A DNA stretch of 62,412 nucleotides, filler included, from Chiloscyllium plagiosum (lineage: Eukaryota): NCBI RefSeq assembly GCF_004010195.1. It is 3 parts of one record of this genome, joined end to end, with 100 filler letters (N's around TTAATTAATTAA, not from the genome) between each part and the next. Parts side by side here need not be neighbours in the genome. Positions count along the whole stretch, not along the records: positions 1 to 27,051 come from NC_057711.1; 2 more parts are not named here. One strand, 5' to 3'. Made by a program: the position numbers and the translations under genes. This document shows, one piece after another, positions 1-14,259 of the stretch; the first letter of the stretch is position 1, and each line of letters starts with the position of its first letter. Below the pieces are notes generated by a model. It saw only the letters and a program-made list of their open reading frames with translations, was not told where the DNA came from and searched no databases.

Positions 1-185
1 CATCCACCTATTGCATTCTCAGCTACCTTGCCCCCAGCCCTACACCTCTCCCACTTATCTCTCCACCACCAAGTCTCCCAGCCTCACTCCTGATGAAGGG
101 CTTTTGCCCGAAATGTCGATTCTCCTGCTCCTTGGATGCTGCCTGACCTGCTATGCTTTTCCAGAACCACACTCTCGACCCAGAT
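1..185 (+). mobile_element. Penelope-like 3' terminus (family A) with hammerhead motif at 90-117
   Basis: CTGATGAAGGGCTTTTGCCCGAAATGTC followed by the family tail ggatgctgcctgacctgct..ttttccag. Confidence 0.7.
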
Positions 186-1547
186 TCAATTCCACCTCCT
201 CGAGTGTCAGACATATCTGAGACGGTTAATTAAAAATAACAGAGTCTCAGAGTCTCTAAGTGGTGATACACCCCATGTACGGTATTGATTTCCATGCCGA
301 AGGCTATATCTGCCCCAGAAGGAGAGTAACTAAGACTCACCTGCAATGAAAGAAAAGCTAGAGGAGACTTTAAAGGGGAGTCGGTCTATGTGGCCTGGCG
401 TTTGGAGGACACCTGACTTCAGCCTATAAAATTCGGAAGGGAATTGACTGGATACATGCTGAGAGGATGTTCCTGCAAATGGGGATTCTAGAACAGGACT
501 GCATTATTTAGGACTGAAAAAAGGAGGAATCTCTTCACTCCAAACTGCTGTGAGTCTTAGAAATTCTCTACCTCAGAGGGTTATCCAAGCTCTATTATTG
601 AGTAAAATCAAAACAGAGCTTGATATATTTTTCGAGAATTGAAAGATATGTGGAGTGAATAAGTGGGGAAAAATAGGGTGGTCCAATGTCAGCCTTTAAC
701 ACTATTCTTTCACGAGACACCAGTATTTGGAGTTTTGCTTTTGCAAGACCAGCATTTGCTGCCTCATTAGTAATCATCTATGAACTGAGACACTTGCTGT
801 AGAATTTTCAGAGTCAACCCTCAGTGCTGGGAGTCTGGAGTCAAATGTAGGCCAGACTGGTACAGCCTGAAAGGACATTAGTGAAGCAGATAGGGTTTTA
901 GTAACAAAAACAAATGATAGTCATTATTGTCTACGTCACAAAAGCTAACTTTCACCTCCAGTTTCATGAATGGGTCTCCACTTGCTGTAGTAGGATTAGA
1001 ATCTTCATCCTCAGAGGAGACACTTGAGCCTCTGGATGACTGATCAAGTGATATTATCATTATATTACCGAAGCCTGACCGAACAGGCTTGACAGGCTGA
1101 ATGGCCTGTTCCTTCTCTCACATGGTATTTTCTGATATCAAACTTGAACAGAACCAATCTCCAGTCCACTGACACTTTGAATGCACTGTGGGAACACCAC
1201 TTCCTGTTCCATTATATGCCTTCCTCTTCACACTAACATGACAAGTTATGCAGCTCAGCATGTTGTTATAGACATCCCACAACTACAAGTCACAAAAACT
1301 CTTTAAAATGTCTTTCCCTAACTGAGGAAGAGGGTGAGGGAGGAGAGTTGTGAACTCTCAGACAGAGGATTATGTGTATGTCCTACCACACTGGCCAGCA
1401 GTGATGAGTGGACTGGACTCAGCAATTGGTTAGTCTGTGAACCTGGAGCCAATGACAAGGTTGGGAGCCAATGACAGTTTCAGGATGCCACCCCAGTCCA
1501 TGACAATGCCACTTCCTCTCATAATCTCTAGCATTTGTGGGAATACA

Positions 1548-2968
1548 ATTTCTGATATTGGTGTGGGTAAGTTGTTGGAGGGAATCCTGAGGGACAGGAC
1601 GTACATGTATTTGGAAAGACAAGGACTGATTAGGGATAGTCAACATGGCTTTGTGCATGGGAAATCATGTCTCACAAACTTGATTGAGTTTTTTTGAAGA
1701 CGTAACAAAAAGAATTGATGAAGGCAGAGCGGTAGATGTGATCTATATGGACTTCAGCAAGGCGTTCGACAATGTTCCCCATGGGAGACTGGTTAACAAG
1801 GTTAGATCTCATGGAATACAGGGAGAACTAGCTATTTGGATACAGAACTGGCTTGAAGGTAGAAGACAGAGCGTGGTGGTGGAAGGTTGTTTTTTAGACT
1901 GGAAGCCTGTGACCAGTGGAGTGCCACAAAGATCGATGCTAGGTCCACTACTTTTCATCATTTATATAAATGATTTGAATATGAACATAAGAGGTATAAG
2001 TTAGTAAGTTTGCAGATGGCACCAAAATTGGAGGAGTAGTGGACAGCAAAGAAAGTTACCTCAGATTACAACAGGATCTTGATCAGATGGGCCAACGGGC
2101 TGAGGAGTGGCAGATGGAGTTTAATTTAGATAAATGTGAGGTGCTGCATTTTGGAAAGGCAAATCAGGGCCGGACTTGTACACTTAATGGTAAGGTCCTG
2201 GGGAGTGTTGCTGAACAAAGAGACCTTGGAGTGCAAGTTTATAGTTCCTTGAAAGTAGAGTCGCAAGTAGATAGGATAGTGAAGAAGGCGTTTGATATGC
2301 TTTCCTTTATTGGTCAGAGTATTGGTCAGGGTGAGAGGCGAAAGATATAAAAGAGATTTTCCTTTATTGGTCAGAGTATTGAGTACAGGAGTTGGGAGGT
2401 CATGTTGTGGTTGTACAGGATGTTGGTTAGGCCACTTTTAAAATAACACTTGCAATTCTGTTCTCATTCCTAGCGAAAGGATGTTGTGAAACTTGAAAGT
2501 GTTCAGAAAAGATTTCCAAGGATGTTGTCAGGTTTGGAGGATCTGAGCTATAGGGAGAGGCTGAACAGGCTGGGGCTGTTTTCCCTGGAGCGTTGAAGGC
2601 TGAGGGGTGACCTTATAGAGGGACATAGATAGGATAAATAGACAAGTTCATTTCCCTGGAGTGGGGGAGTCCAGAACTAGAGGGTGTAGGTTTGGGGTGA
2701 GAGGGGAAAGATATAAAAGGGACCTAAGAGGCAACTTTTTCACACAGAGGGTGATGTGCTTATGGAATGACCTGCCAGAGGAAGTGGTGGAGGCCAGTAC
2801 CAATTCAGCATTTAAAAGGCATTTGGTTGGGTATATGAATAGGAATGGTTCAGAGGGATATGAGCCAGGTGCTGGCAGGTGGGACTAGATTGGGTTGGGA
2901 TATCTGGTCGGCGTGGACGGGTTGGACCAAAGGGTCTGTTTCCATGCTGTATATCTCTATGACTCTAA
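1548..2968 (+). mobile_element. CR1-clade LINE, 5'-truncated RT and 3' end, frameshifted
   Basis: [39 protein letters not shown] motifs; 3' tail ctctatgactcta. Confidence 0.95.
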
Positions 2969-3019
2969 CTGTACTCATATCAGAATGTCAACATTTGACT
3001 TAAGTGATTTTTAAAAATA

Positions 3020-3605
3020 TTTATGGGATGTGTTTCTGGCTGGGCCCAGGATTTATTTCCCGTCCCTAGTTGCCCCTTGTGAAGGTGGAGGTGAGCTGCC
3101 TTGTTGACCTGCTGCATTCCATGTGCTGTAGGGTGACCCACAATGCCCTGAGGGAGGGAATTTCAGGATTCTGACCCCGGGACACTGAAGGAACGGTGAT
3201 ATATTTCCAAGTCAGGATGGTGAGTGGCTTGGAGGGGAACTTGCAGGGGATGGTGTTCCCATGTACCTGCTGCCCTTGTCCTTCTAGATGGAAGTGGTGG
3301 TGGGTTTGGAGGGTGCTGTCTGAGGATCTTTGGTGAATTTCTGCAGTGCATCTTGTAGATCGTACACACTGCTGCTACTGAGGGTCGGTGGGGGAGGGAG
3401 GGGATGTTTGTGGATGTGGTGCCAATCAAGCGGCTGCTTTGTCCTGTATGGTGTTGAGCTTCTTGAGTGTTGTTGGAGCTGCCCCCGTCCAGGGCAAGTG
3501 GGGAGTATTCCATCACACTCCTACCTTGTGCCTTGTAGATGGTGGACAGGCTTTGGGGAATCAGGGGGTGAGTTACTTGCTGCAGTATTCCTAGCCCCTG
3601 ATCTG
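3020..3605 (-). mobile_element. 3' part of a second LINE family (CR1/L2/Jockey group); other copies ~38250-38465, ~39450-39715, ~41415-41630
   Basis: MEYSPLA..., HRxSVAAVCTIYKMHC frame; repeated elsewhere in window. Confidence 0.75.
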
Positions 3606-3621
3606 CTCATATTGCACACAA

Positions 3622-4040
3622 TTTTTTTTTTATTTCAAAAATATACTTTATTCATATATATTTAATCTATACAATTGGACATGTCATCATTCTGTAAACA
3701 TTCCATTTCTTTACGTATCGAAACAGGGTGATCATTCATATTCACAGGTTGGTGCGATTACATTGAGCTGAGGCGCCAGCGGAGCCCAAATGACTGCGCG
3801 GGCCCCCTGTTCTTCTTTAGGCAGGCAGATGTTAGACGGTGGTCTTTCCCCACCGCGCCTTGGCAGCAGCTGCCCCAAGCTTCAGCGCGTCCCTCAACAC
3901 GTAGTCCTGGACCTTGGAATGTGCCAGTCTGCAGCACTCAGTCGGGGTCAACTCCTTCAGCTGGAAGATCAGCAGGTTTCGGACCACCCAGAGAGCGTCC
4001 TTCACCGAGTTGATGATCCTCCAGGCACAGTTGATGTTCG
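3622..4040 (-). mobile_element. L1/Tx1-clade LINE 3' end with polyA tail
   Basis: Minus frame INSVKDALWVVRNLLIFQ..CCRLAHSKVQDYVLRDALKLGAAAAKARWGKTTV-stop (3832-3834), AATAAA and A-tail at ~3622-3652. Confidence 0.8.
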
Positions 4041-4331
4041 AGCTGGACAGACTGGGTCTGCATACACTGAAAATGTGAAGAATGAGTGTGACGTTATGGA
4101 AATATGTTAGATCTTAAAGGGAATTAACAGGGTGGAAGCCGAGAGGAGCCTTGCCCTTGAGGGAGAGATTGGAACCGGGGACAAAGTTTAAAAATAAGGA
4201 GTCTCCCACTTAAAACAGAGATGAGGAGGCATTTTTTTCTTTGGAACTCTCTTCCCCAGAGAATGGAGGGCTCCGGTCTTTTCACACAGAGGTGGACAGG
4301 TTCCTCATGTACAAGGGCATCAGGGGATATC

Positions 4332-4583
4332 GAAAGGTGTAGTGCTGGAAAGATTGGAGTCAAAAAGTGCGACGCTGGAAAAGCGCAGTCAGTCAGGCAG
4401 CGGCCGAGAAGCAGGAGATCCAAAGATCCCCAGACTGCACCTTCCAAACCCACATTCCCGATGAAGAGCTAATGCTCGAAATATCGATTTTCCTGCTCCT
4501 CGGATGCTGCCTGACCGACTGCGCTTTTCCAGCGTCACACATTTTGACTCCAATCTTGAGCACTTGCAGTCCTCACTTTCTCC
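4332..4583. mobile_element. Short fold-back family-A insert
   Basis: 14-bp TSD catcaggggatatc (4318-4331, 4584-4597); inverted arms; degraded hammerhead at ~4458-4485. Confidence 0.8.
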
Positions 4584-7500
4584 CATCAGGGGATATCAGG
4601 AATGATCGGGAATGTGGAGTTGAGGCCACAGTCCAATCTGCCCAGGATCTTATTGATCTGCAAAGTTTGGAGTAGGAGGCCACTCCGCCCATCTAGTCCT
4701 GCTCTGCCACTCCATCAGACTATAGCTGACCTGACTGCTCTGGATTCCACTGAAATCAACAGGCGCTTGAGTACTGCTAAAAAAAAGACACGTTTTAGTC
4801 GAAGTTGTTGGTTTACCATCCATCAGGAGATTTTGCAAAAATAGCAACATTAAGGGAAGACTGCAAGATGAAGAAATGTTTTTCTCAGCAGTGCCCAACT
4901 TCACACATCAGTCCAGAGTGGAGTAGGCTTGAGGGGAGTATGGCTCACTCCTGTTCCTTGTTTGTATGATTGATGGCTTCTTCTTTCAGACTGCCCATCT
5001 CCAACGTAGTTAGTCTCTCTCTCTCTCTCTCTCACTCCATCTCTCTTCATCTCTCTCTCTGTCTCTCTCTAGAACATAGAACATAGAACATAGAAAAGTA
5101 TGGCACAGAACAGGCCCTTTGGCCCACGATGTTGTGCCGAGGTTTAATCCTAATGTAAAAAATAACTTAACCTACGCACCCCTCAACTTTCCGCTCTCCA
5201 TGTGCCTGCCCAGCAGTCACTTAAATGTCCCTAATGACTCTGCTTCCACCACTACCATTGGCAACGCATTCCATGCATTCACAATGAACATTGTGGAAAA
5301 TGCAAATATATCTATTTACTATACATAATAAAAAGCTACAAATCCAAATAATACCAAAACATTGGCACAAAATCAACTTTATCAGTAACTTTTGCTAATC
5401 TTGTGGCTGTTCAAAGTGGAAATTCAGTAATGATGTGACCCAACTTGAAGCCCAATTTCTACTGATACTGATCTGGGTAATGGAATCTTCACTATATATT
5501 CACATTTAATGTGTGATTAAAAAAAATGTTTCACTGTAAACCTAAGAATTTCAAAATTAATGATGTATGTAGCTTTTTTAAAGAAATAATTTTGTGAAGA
5601 AAAGAAAATGCCCAGGGAGGTATTCAAACCTAATCTGTGATAGTCGTCACCACCAGATCAACCTTTATGCACATAATGGCAGACTATTCACTGTTACTGG
5701 GGACTTGATATCTGTACGTTTGCACGTAAAACAGTTATAGAACTGTAAGCAAGGGAATGAGCATACACAAGAAAAAAATTCTTATTTATCTGCGTAATCA
5801 GCACACAAAATCATTTTATCCCAACCTCCGTGAGGGTCCATTGCATCCAGTTGTCTGATAGCTGCAAGGAGTGCAGAAGCAGCATCCGGTGCAATATTGG
5901 TCTGTTGTGCAGATGGATTGCTCCTAAATGCAAACCACATGAAGATCAGCATTAATATGCAAGTAGGTTCAATTTAACAATCAATTGATGCAACTAACTC
6001 TTGAGTAACTAATGGCAAAGTTATAGGAAATTAAACTTAAAAGGATGAATGCAGAATAATGCGCAAAGCAACAAGATCAGAACTCAGTTATATGTCAGAA
6101 GATCTTAAATTTGCACTTAGATTGTTTTGTGTATAATTAAACTTACTGTTAATCTGATTTTTAAAACTAGTATACAAGCTTCATACCGAGGAACAACCTA
6201 ATAATAGAACTTTAAAAACAAGGAGAGAGAAAGTTACTATCTGGAGGGAAGAGACCATTAATAGCAGATAGCCATGAAGAGATCCAAAAGAGAATTAAGA
6301 AGAAACATCTTCACCACAGTGTGGAGAGAAACTATAATATCAATACGAAGGATGAAACAAATAGTGTTCAGGGATTTCAGGAGAGGCTAGCCAAGCTTGC
6401 AGAGAAATACAGTAGAGTACTACATGGCAAGATTAAATGAGCGTAGACAGGAGGGGCCTACGTTCACCACTAATCTTTCCTGCTGCTGTCCGGATCTCTG
6501 AGATCCACACGTGACAGCAACTTCCAGAACTGGAAGCATGCTATTCCACATATGAAGACCCACCATGAACCTGCACAGCTGAAACAGAATATTTGAGGAA
6601 GTTCAGGTGGAGCATAAATACTGGCATGGACTGGTTAAGCCAAATGGGCTGTTTCTGTGCTGTATGTTCCATGTAGGTAACCAGCACGATGTTGAGAAGA
6701 ACTTCTAAATGTTGCTGTATTTTGGTACTTTTGAGTGAAACATGCTTTTGTGATAAAGAAAAAACAATAGACACTCTTGCATTCCAATAATACTTCATGG
6801 AATGAGCTCTTCACACACCACCCAGATTGGCAATCATAGAAAGCAGTCTGAACTACCTTGTGGATGGTACATCTTCTGGAACCCATTGCGGGTAACTGGA
6901 AATAAAAATAAGAATTTGTTAGGCATACAATACCAATCATTTATTTCCCTCTACAACCCCATCGCTCCAACTACCGTGACACTGAATAAAATGCAGTGAA
7001 AGCAATATAACACGGAGATTGGAATCCAAGAAGCAAGACTGCATTATGGCTGCATAATCAAAATCACTTGCTGATAATCTCATATAGCAGAGGTTTTCTT
7101 CCAATTATTCATTACAGTACTCATGGAACAGAGGAAGTTACAGTCAATGCAAGCCAGAANNNNNNNNNNNNNNNNNNNNNNNNNNNNNNNNNNNNNNNNN
7201 NNNNNNNNNNNNNNNNNNNNNNNNNNNNNNNNNNNNNNNNNNNNNNNNNNNNNNNNNNNNNNNNNNNNNNNNNNNNNNNNNNNNNNNNNNNNNNNNNNNN
7301 NNNNNNNNNNNNNNNNNNNNNNNNNNNNNNNNNNNNNNNNNNNNNNNNNNNNNNNNNNNNNNNNNNNNNNNNNNNNNNNNNNNNNNNNNNNNNNNNNNNN
7401 NNNNNNNNNNNNNNNNNNNNNNNNNNNNNNNNNNNNNNNNNNNNNNNNNNNNNNNNNNNNNNNNNNNNNNNNNNNNNNNNNNNNNNNNNNNNNNNNNNNN

Positions 7501-8550
7501 NNNNNNNNNNNNNNNNNNNNNNNNNNNNNNNNNNNNNNNNNNNNNNNNNNNNNNNNNNNNNNNNNNNNNNNNNNNNNNNNNNNNNNNNNNNNNNNNNNNN
7601 NNNNNNNNNNNNNNNNNNNNNNNNNNNNNNNNNNNNNNNNNNNNNNNNNNNNNNNNNNNNNNNNNNNNNNNNNNNNNNNNNNNNNNNCACTCTCTCTCTT
7701 TATCTCTCTCTCTCACACACACACACTCTATGTATCTCTCTCTCTCTGTCAGTCTGTCTCACTGTATCAATCTCTCCTGTTTCTCCTTTTATCTTTCCTG
7801 CTCCCTCCTACTCTCTCTTTTGCTCTATTGCTCTATTTTTCTGTCTCTCTCTGCAGGGATCATTCTCAGCTGTCATTGCTTTGAGCATTTCCCATGTGAC
7901 AATTAATATTCGCTTGGGTGGGGAGGCAGAGGTGGTAAAGGGATGTGGGCACCACTGACAAAACTGGGATTTGTCTCCATACCTAATTGCCTCTGTGTGG
8001 CTTGATTGGCCATTACAGGGGGCAGTTAAGAGTGTCCGTAATGCTGTGAGTCTGGAGTCACATGTAGGCCAGATCAGGTAAGGACAGCAGATTTCCTTCC
8101 CTGAAGGACATTAGTGAACCAATCCCTGGCTAGATTATAGAGAATAGTAACATAGGGAATAGGAGCAGGAGGAGGCCATTCGGCCCCTTGATCCTGCTCT
8201 GCCATTCATTATGATCATGGCTGGTCATCCAACTCAATAGCCTGTTCCTGCTTTTCCCCATATCCTTTGATCCTTTTAGCCCCAACTACTATATCCGACT
8301 CCTTCTTGAAATCATTCGATGCTTTAGCCTCAATTGCTTTCTGTGGTAGTGAATTCCACTGTTTCTGATTGTAAGGAACCCACATTTTTCTTCACTAATC
8401 TTTTTCTCTTCACAAACTTTTCAAAACTTTTACAGTCAATGTTTATGTTTCCTACATGCTTATTCTTAGAATTTATCTTGCTTTTCTTAATCAATCCCTG
8501 TGTTCTTTGCTGAATTCTAAACTGCTCCCATTCCTCAGCTCCATAGTGAT

Positions 8551-8767
8551 TGTAATGAGGTGGACCGCGTCGAATCGGAGTTCCTTGATTGGGGCTGTTA
8601 ACCTGATCCAAACAGGGAGCCCTGGCTGACAGATTGGAACTGGAGTGTCAGGGGTTCTGCTCACTCAAGGGGCTGCCTCTGAGTTAACTGGGTCACTGTC
8701 ATGTACTGTGCATGTGCAAATAAAGGGTGAGTGATGACAAGATACCGGCCGCTACGGAGTTATTTCA
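8551..8767 (+). mobile_element. Solo LTR (probably Gypsy type)
   Basis: TGTAAT...TTTCA termini, internal AATAAA, imperfect 4-bp flank tgat/agat. Confidence 0.6.
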
Positions 8768-11700
8768 AGATCTGTTGCTTTATTGATGTAATCTCCACTG
8801 CGGCTGTGTAGAACCTATTGGTGTTTGTGCTGTGCATGAGTCTTCTTCCAGCACCCTTGCGTCTCTGTCGAACTGTGGATGATGGCTTAGACAGCAACAT
8901 CCATTAAATAATTCCTACTGATGATTTGCTGCTGTATCTATACATTGGACAAACACATGCATGAAAATGGAATAGTGTAGGATAGATGGGCTTCAGATTG
9001 GTTCCACAGATCAGCACATGATCGAGGGTCAAATGGCCTGTACTGCACTCTAATGTTCTATGTTCTACGTTTATTTTTAAAAGCCCCTGTGCATACTGAG
9101 AATAGTGTTCTCTGTTTTTTTTATATGGAGACAAGTATGCCCTGTGTGTATTAAAGAGAATAGCAGCTCTGTGTACAGTACAGAAAATAGCAGTCCCTGT
9201 GTTTTTTTATATATAATGAATAGCAATAAATGTTCACATTATACAGATCAGATAAACAGGACTCTGGAAGAACACAGCAAGCCAGACACCTTTAGGTTCT
9301 GAAGAAGAGTTAGACACCAAGTATTGGCTTCACCACCTCCTGATGATGCCTGGCTGGCTGTGTTCTTCCAGCCTCCTGCTGGTCTACCTTGCATTCCAGC
9401 ATATGTAGGTTTTATATCTCTAACCAAGTGTTATATAGAATACCAGTCCTTGTGTATATTATACAGAACAGCAGCCCCTCTGTATATTACAGAGTACAGC
9501 AGTCTCCGTGTATATTGTAGAGAACAGCAATCCCTATGTATAAGGCAAAGAGCAGTCCCTGTCTATATTATAGAGAATCACAGTCCCTGTGTCTCTTATC
9601 AAGAAAAGCAGTCCCTGTGTATATTATAGAGAAGAGGAGTCTCTGTATATATTATAGAGAATAGCAGGCCCTGTGTATTTTATAGAGAACAACTGTGCTT
9701 CTGTCTATCATAGAGAACAACAGTCTCTGTGCACATTATAGAGAATAGCAGTCTGTGTGTCCATTATACAGAATCACAATCCCTATATATATTATTTAGA
9801 ATCACAGGTCCTGTGTATATTATACAGAATAGCAGTCCCTGTGTATTTTATACAGAATCACACTCCCTGTGTATATTATATGGAATAGCAGTCCCTGTGT
9901 GTATATTATACAGAATCACACTCCCTGTGTATATTATACAGAATAGCAGTCCCTCTGTATATTATACAGAATCACACTCCCTGTGTAAATTATACAGAAT
10001 AGCTGTCCCTGTGTATATTATACAGAATAGCAGTCCCTGTGTATATTATAGAGAATAGCAGTCCCTGTGTATATTATAGAGAATCACAATCCCTGTGTAT
10101 ATTATACAGATTAGCAGTCCCTGTATATATTATACAGAATCACACTCCCTGTACATATTGTACAGAATAGCAGCCCCTGTGTTTATTATACTGAATAGCA
10201 GTCCCTGTGTATATTAGACAGAATCACACTCCATGTGTATATTATACAGAATAGCAGTCCCTGTGTATATTATAGAGAATCACACTCCTTGTGTAAATTA
10301 TACAGAATAGCTGTCCCTGTGTATATTAGACAGAATCACACTCCATGTGTATATTATACAGAATAGCTGTCCCTGTGTATATTATACAGAATAGCAGTGC
10401 CTATGTATATTATAGAGAATAGCAGTGCCTATGTATATTAAAGAGAATCACACTCCCTGTGTATATTATGCAGAATAGCAGTCCCTGTATATATTATACA
10501 GAATCACACTCCCTATGTAAATTATACAAAATAGCTGTCCATGTGTATATTATACAGAATAGCAGTGCCTATATATATTATCGAGAATAGCAGTCCTTGT
10601 GTATATTATAGAGAATCACACTCCGTGTATATTATACAGAATAGCAGTCCCTGTATATATTATACAGAATCACACTCCCTGTGTATATTATACAGAATCG
10701 CACTCCCTGTATATATTGTACAGAATAGCAGCCCCTGTGTATATTATACAGAATAGCAGTCCCTGTGTATATTCTAGAGAATAGGAGTCCCTGTGTGTAT
10801 TATACAGAATCACAGTCTCTGTATATATTATGCACAATCACAGTGCCTGTATACATTATGCACAATCATAGTCCCTGTGCATATTATACACAACAACAGT
10901 CCCTATGTAGAATATAGAGAAAGGCGTCCCTGTGTATTTATAGGGAATAGCACGCCCTGTGTGTATTATAGGGAATAGCAGTCCCTGTTTATATTATACA
11001 GAATCACAGTGCCAGTATATACTATACAGAATCACTGGCTCTGTGTATATTATACAGAATAGCAGTCTTGTGTACATTATGGAGAACCACAGTCACTATG
11101 CATATTATAGAGAATAGCAGTCTCTGTGTATATTGTACAGAATAGCAGTCCCTGTATATAGTATACGGAATCACAGACTCTGTGTGTATTATACACAATC
11201 ACAGTCCCTGTATATAGTATACATAATAGCAGTCCCTGTATATATTAAACAGACTACCAGTCCCTGTGTATATTATACAGAAGAGCCATCCCTGAGGATA
11301 TTATAGAGAACTGCAGTCCCTGTCTATATTATAGAGAATAGCAGTCCCTTTGTATATTATAGAGAATCACAGTCCCTGTGTACATTATACAGAATCAGAC
11401 TTCCTGTGTATATTATACAGATTAGCAGGCCCTGTGTGTATTATAGAGAACAGCAGTCCCTGTGTAGATTATAGAGAATAGCAGTCCCTGTGTATATTAT
11501 ACAGAATAGCAGTCCCTGTGTATATAATAGAGAACAGCAGTCCCTGTGTATATTATTGGGAATAACAGTCTCTGTATCTATTACAGGGAATAACAGTCCG
11601 TGTGCATATTATAGAGAACAGCAGTCCCTGTTTATATTATAGAGAAAAGCAATCCCTGTGTATATCATAGAGAATTGCAGTCCCTGTGTATATTATAGGG

Positions 11701-14259
11701 AACAGCAGTCCCTGTGTATGTTATAGGGAATAACAGTCCTTGTGCATATTATAGAGAACAGCAGTCCCTGTGTATATTATATAGAATAGCAGCCCCATGT
11801 ATATTATAGAGAATAGCAGTCCCGATGTTTACTATAAAGAATTACAGTCCCTGTTTATATTATAGGGAATAGCCGTCCCCAAATATATTATAGAGAATAT
11901 ATGTCCCTGTATGTATTATTATACAGAATCACAGTCCCTCTGTATTTTATACAGAATAGCAGTCCCTGTCTACATTATGGAGAACAGCATTCCCTGCGTA
12001 CATTATACAGAATCACAGCCCCCAAGCATATTATTGAGAATAGCAGTCCTTCTATGTATTATATAGAATAGCTGCCTCATGTATGTTATAGAGAATAGCA
12101 GTCCCGATGTATATTATAGAGAACAGCAGTCCCTGTGTATTATTATACAGAATCACAGTCCCTCTCTATTTTATACAGAATAGCAGTCCCTGTCCATATT
12201 ATGGAGAACAGCATTCCCTGTGTACATTATACAGAATAGCAGTCCGTGTGTGTCTTATACAGAACAGTAGCCCTGTGTATATTATAGAGAATAGCAGTCC
12301 TTGTGTATATTATAGAGAACAGCAGTCCCTGTGTATATTATAGAGAACAGCAGCCCCTGTGTATATTATAGAGAATAGCAGTCCCTGTGTATATTATACA
12401 GAATAGCAGTCCCTGTATGTATTATAGAGAAGAACAGTCCCTGTGTATGTTATACAGAATAACAATCCCTGTCTACATTACAGAGATCGGCAGACCTTGT
12501 GTATGTTATGCAGAATCACAGTCCCTCTCTATTTTATACAGATTAGCAGTCCCTGTGTACATTATACAGAATAGCAGTCCCTGTGTATATTATAGAGAAT
12601 AGCAGTCCCTGTGTACATTATACAGAATAGCAGTCGCTGTGTATGTTATACAGAATAGCAATCCCTGTCTACATTACAGAGAACAGCAGTCCCTGTGTAT
12701 GTTATGCAGAATCACAGTCCCTCTCTATTTTATATAGATTAGCAGTCCCTGTGTATATTACAGAGAATAGCAGTCCCTGTGTACATTATACAGAATAGCA
12801 GTCCCTGTGTGTCTTATACAGAACAGTAGCCCTGTGTATATTATAGAGAATAGCAGTCCCTGTATGTATTATAGAGAAGAACAGTCCCTGTGTATGTTAT
12901 ACAGAATAACAATCCCTGTCTACATTACAGAAAAAGGTAGGGAGGAGGGACTTGGGGGAGGGGTGTTGTGAATGCGATAGGTGGGAGATGGTTAAGGTGA
13001 GATGGAGGAAGAGAGCTTTTTCAAGGAAGGTATCCTTGCAAAAGGATTCACAGTCGGTTAAAATCAACGAGGAGAAAGTGAGGACTGCAGATGCTGGAGA
13101 TCAAAGCTGAAAAATGTGTTGCTGGAAAAGCGCAGTGAGTCAGTCTCTGTGTCTATTACAGGGAATAACAGTCCGTGTGCATATTGTAGAGAACAGCAGT
13201 CCCTGTGTATATTATATAGAATAGCTGCCCCATATATATTATAGAGAATAGCAGTCCCGATGTTTACTATAGAGAATTACAGTCCCCGTTTATATTATAG
13301 GGAATAGCAGTCCCTGTGTATATTATAGAGAACAGCAGTCCCTGTGTAGATTATAGAGAATAGCAGTCCCTATATGTATTATACAGAATAGCAGTCCCTG
13401 TGTATATTATAGAGAACAGCAGTCCCAGTGTATATTATAGAGAATAGCAGTCCCTATATGTATTATAGAGAATAGCAGTCCCTGTGTATATTATAGAGAA
13501 TAGCAGTCCCTGTGTGTATTACAAAGAACAGCAGCCCCATGTATATTATAGGGAATAGCAGTCCCTGTGTATACTATAGAGAATAGTAGTCCCTGTGTAT
13601 ATTATAGAGAAGAGCAGTCCCTGTGTATATTACAGAGAATAGCAGTCCCAGTGTACAATGCAGAGAATAGCAGTCCCAATGTATATTATACAGAAAGGCA
13701 GTCCCTGTCTAAATTATACAGAATCACAGGCCTTGTGTGTCTTATAGAGAGCAGCAGTCCCTGTGTATGATATAGACAAAGCAGTATCTGTGTATATTGT
13801 AGATTAGCAGTCCCTGTGTATATTATAGAGAATTACAGTGCCTGTATATGTTATAGAGAATTATAGTGTCTGTGTATATTGTACAGAATAGCAGTCCCTG
13901 TGTGTATTGTAGAGAATATTAGTCCCTGTGTATATTGTACAGAATAGCAGTCCCTGTGTGTATTGTAGAGAATATTAGTCCCTGTGTATATTATAGAGAA
14001 CAGCAGTCCCTGTGTATATTATAGAGAATAGCAGTGCCTATGTGTATTATACAGAATAGCTGTCCCTGTGTATATCATAGAGAATTACAGTGCCTGTGTA
14101 TATTATTCAGAATCACTGTCCCTGTGTATATTATAGAGAACAACTGTCCCTGTGTATATTGTACAGAATAGCAGCGCCCGTGTATGTTATAGAGAATAGC
14201 AGTCCCTGTGTATACTATAGAGAATAGCAGTCCCTGTGTACATTATACAGAATAGCAGT

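Noticed and set aside
7068..7958. Long ORFs here and at 33065-33595 and 49263-50550
   Set aside because: Length comes from N-runs translated as X
9324..13770. Multiple ORFs with YIIQNSSPCVYY repeats
   Set aside because: Translations of the 28-bp satellite; frame shifts each unit and stops are frequent
9430..14258. CRISPR-like regular repeats
   Set aside because: Units are directly adjacent with no unique spacers; eukaryotic satellite
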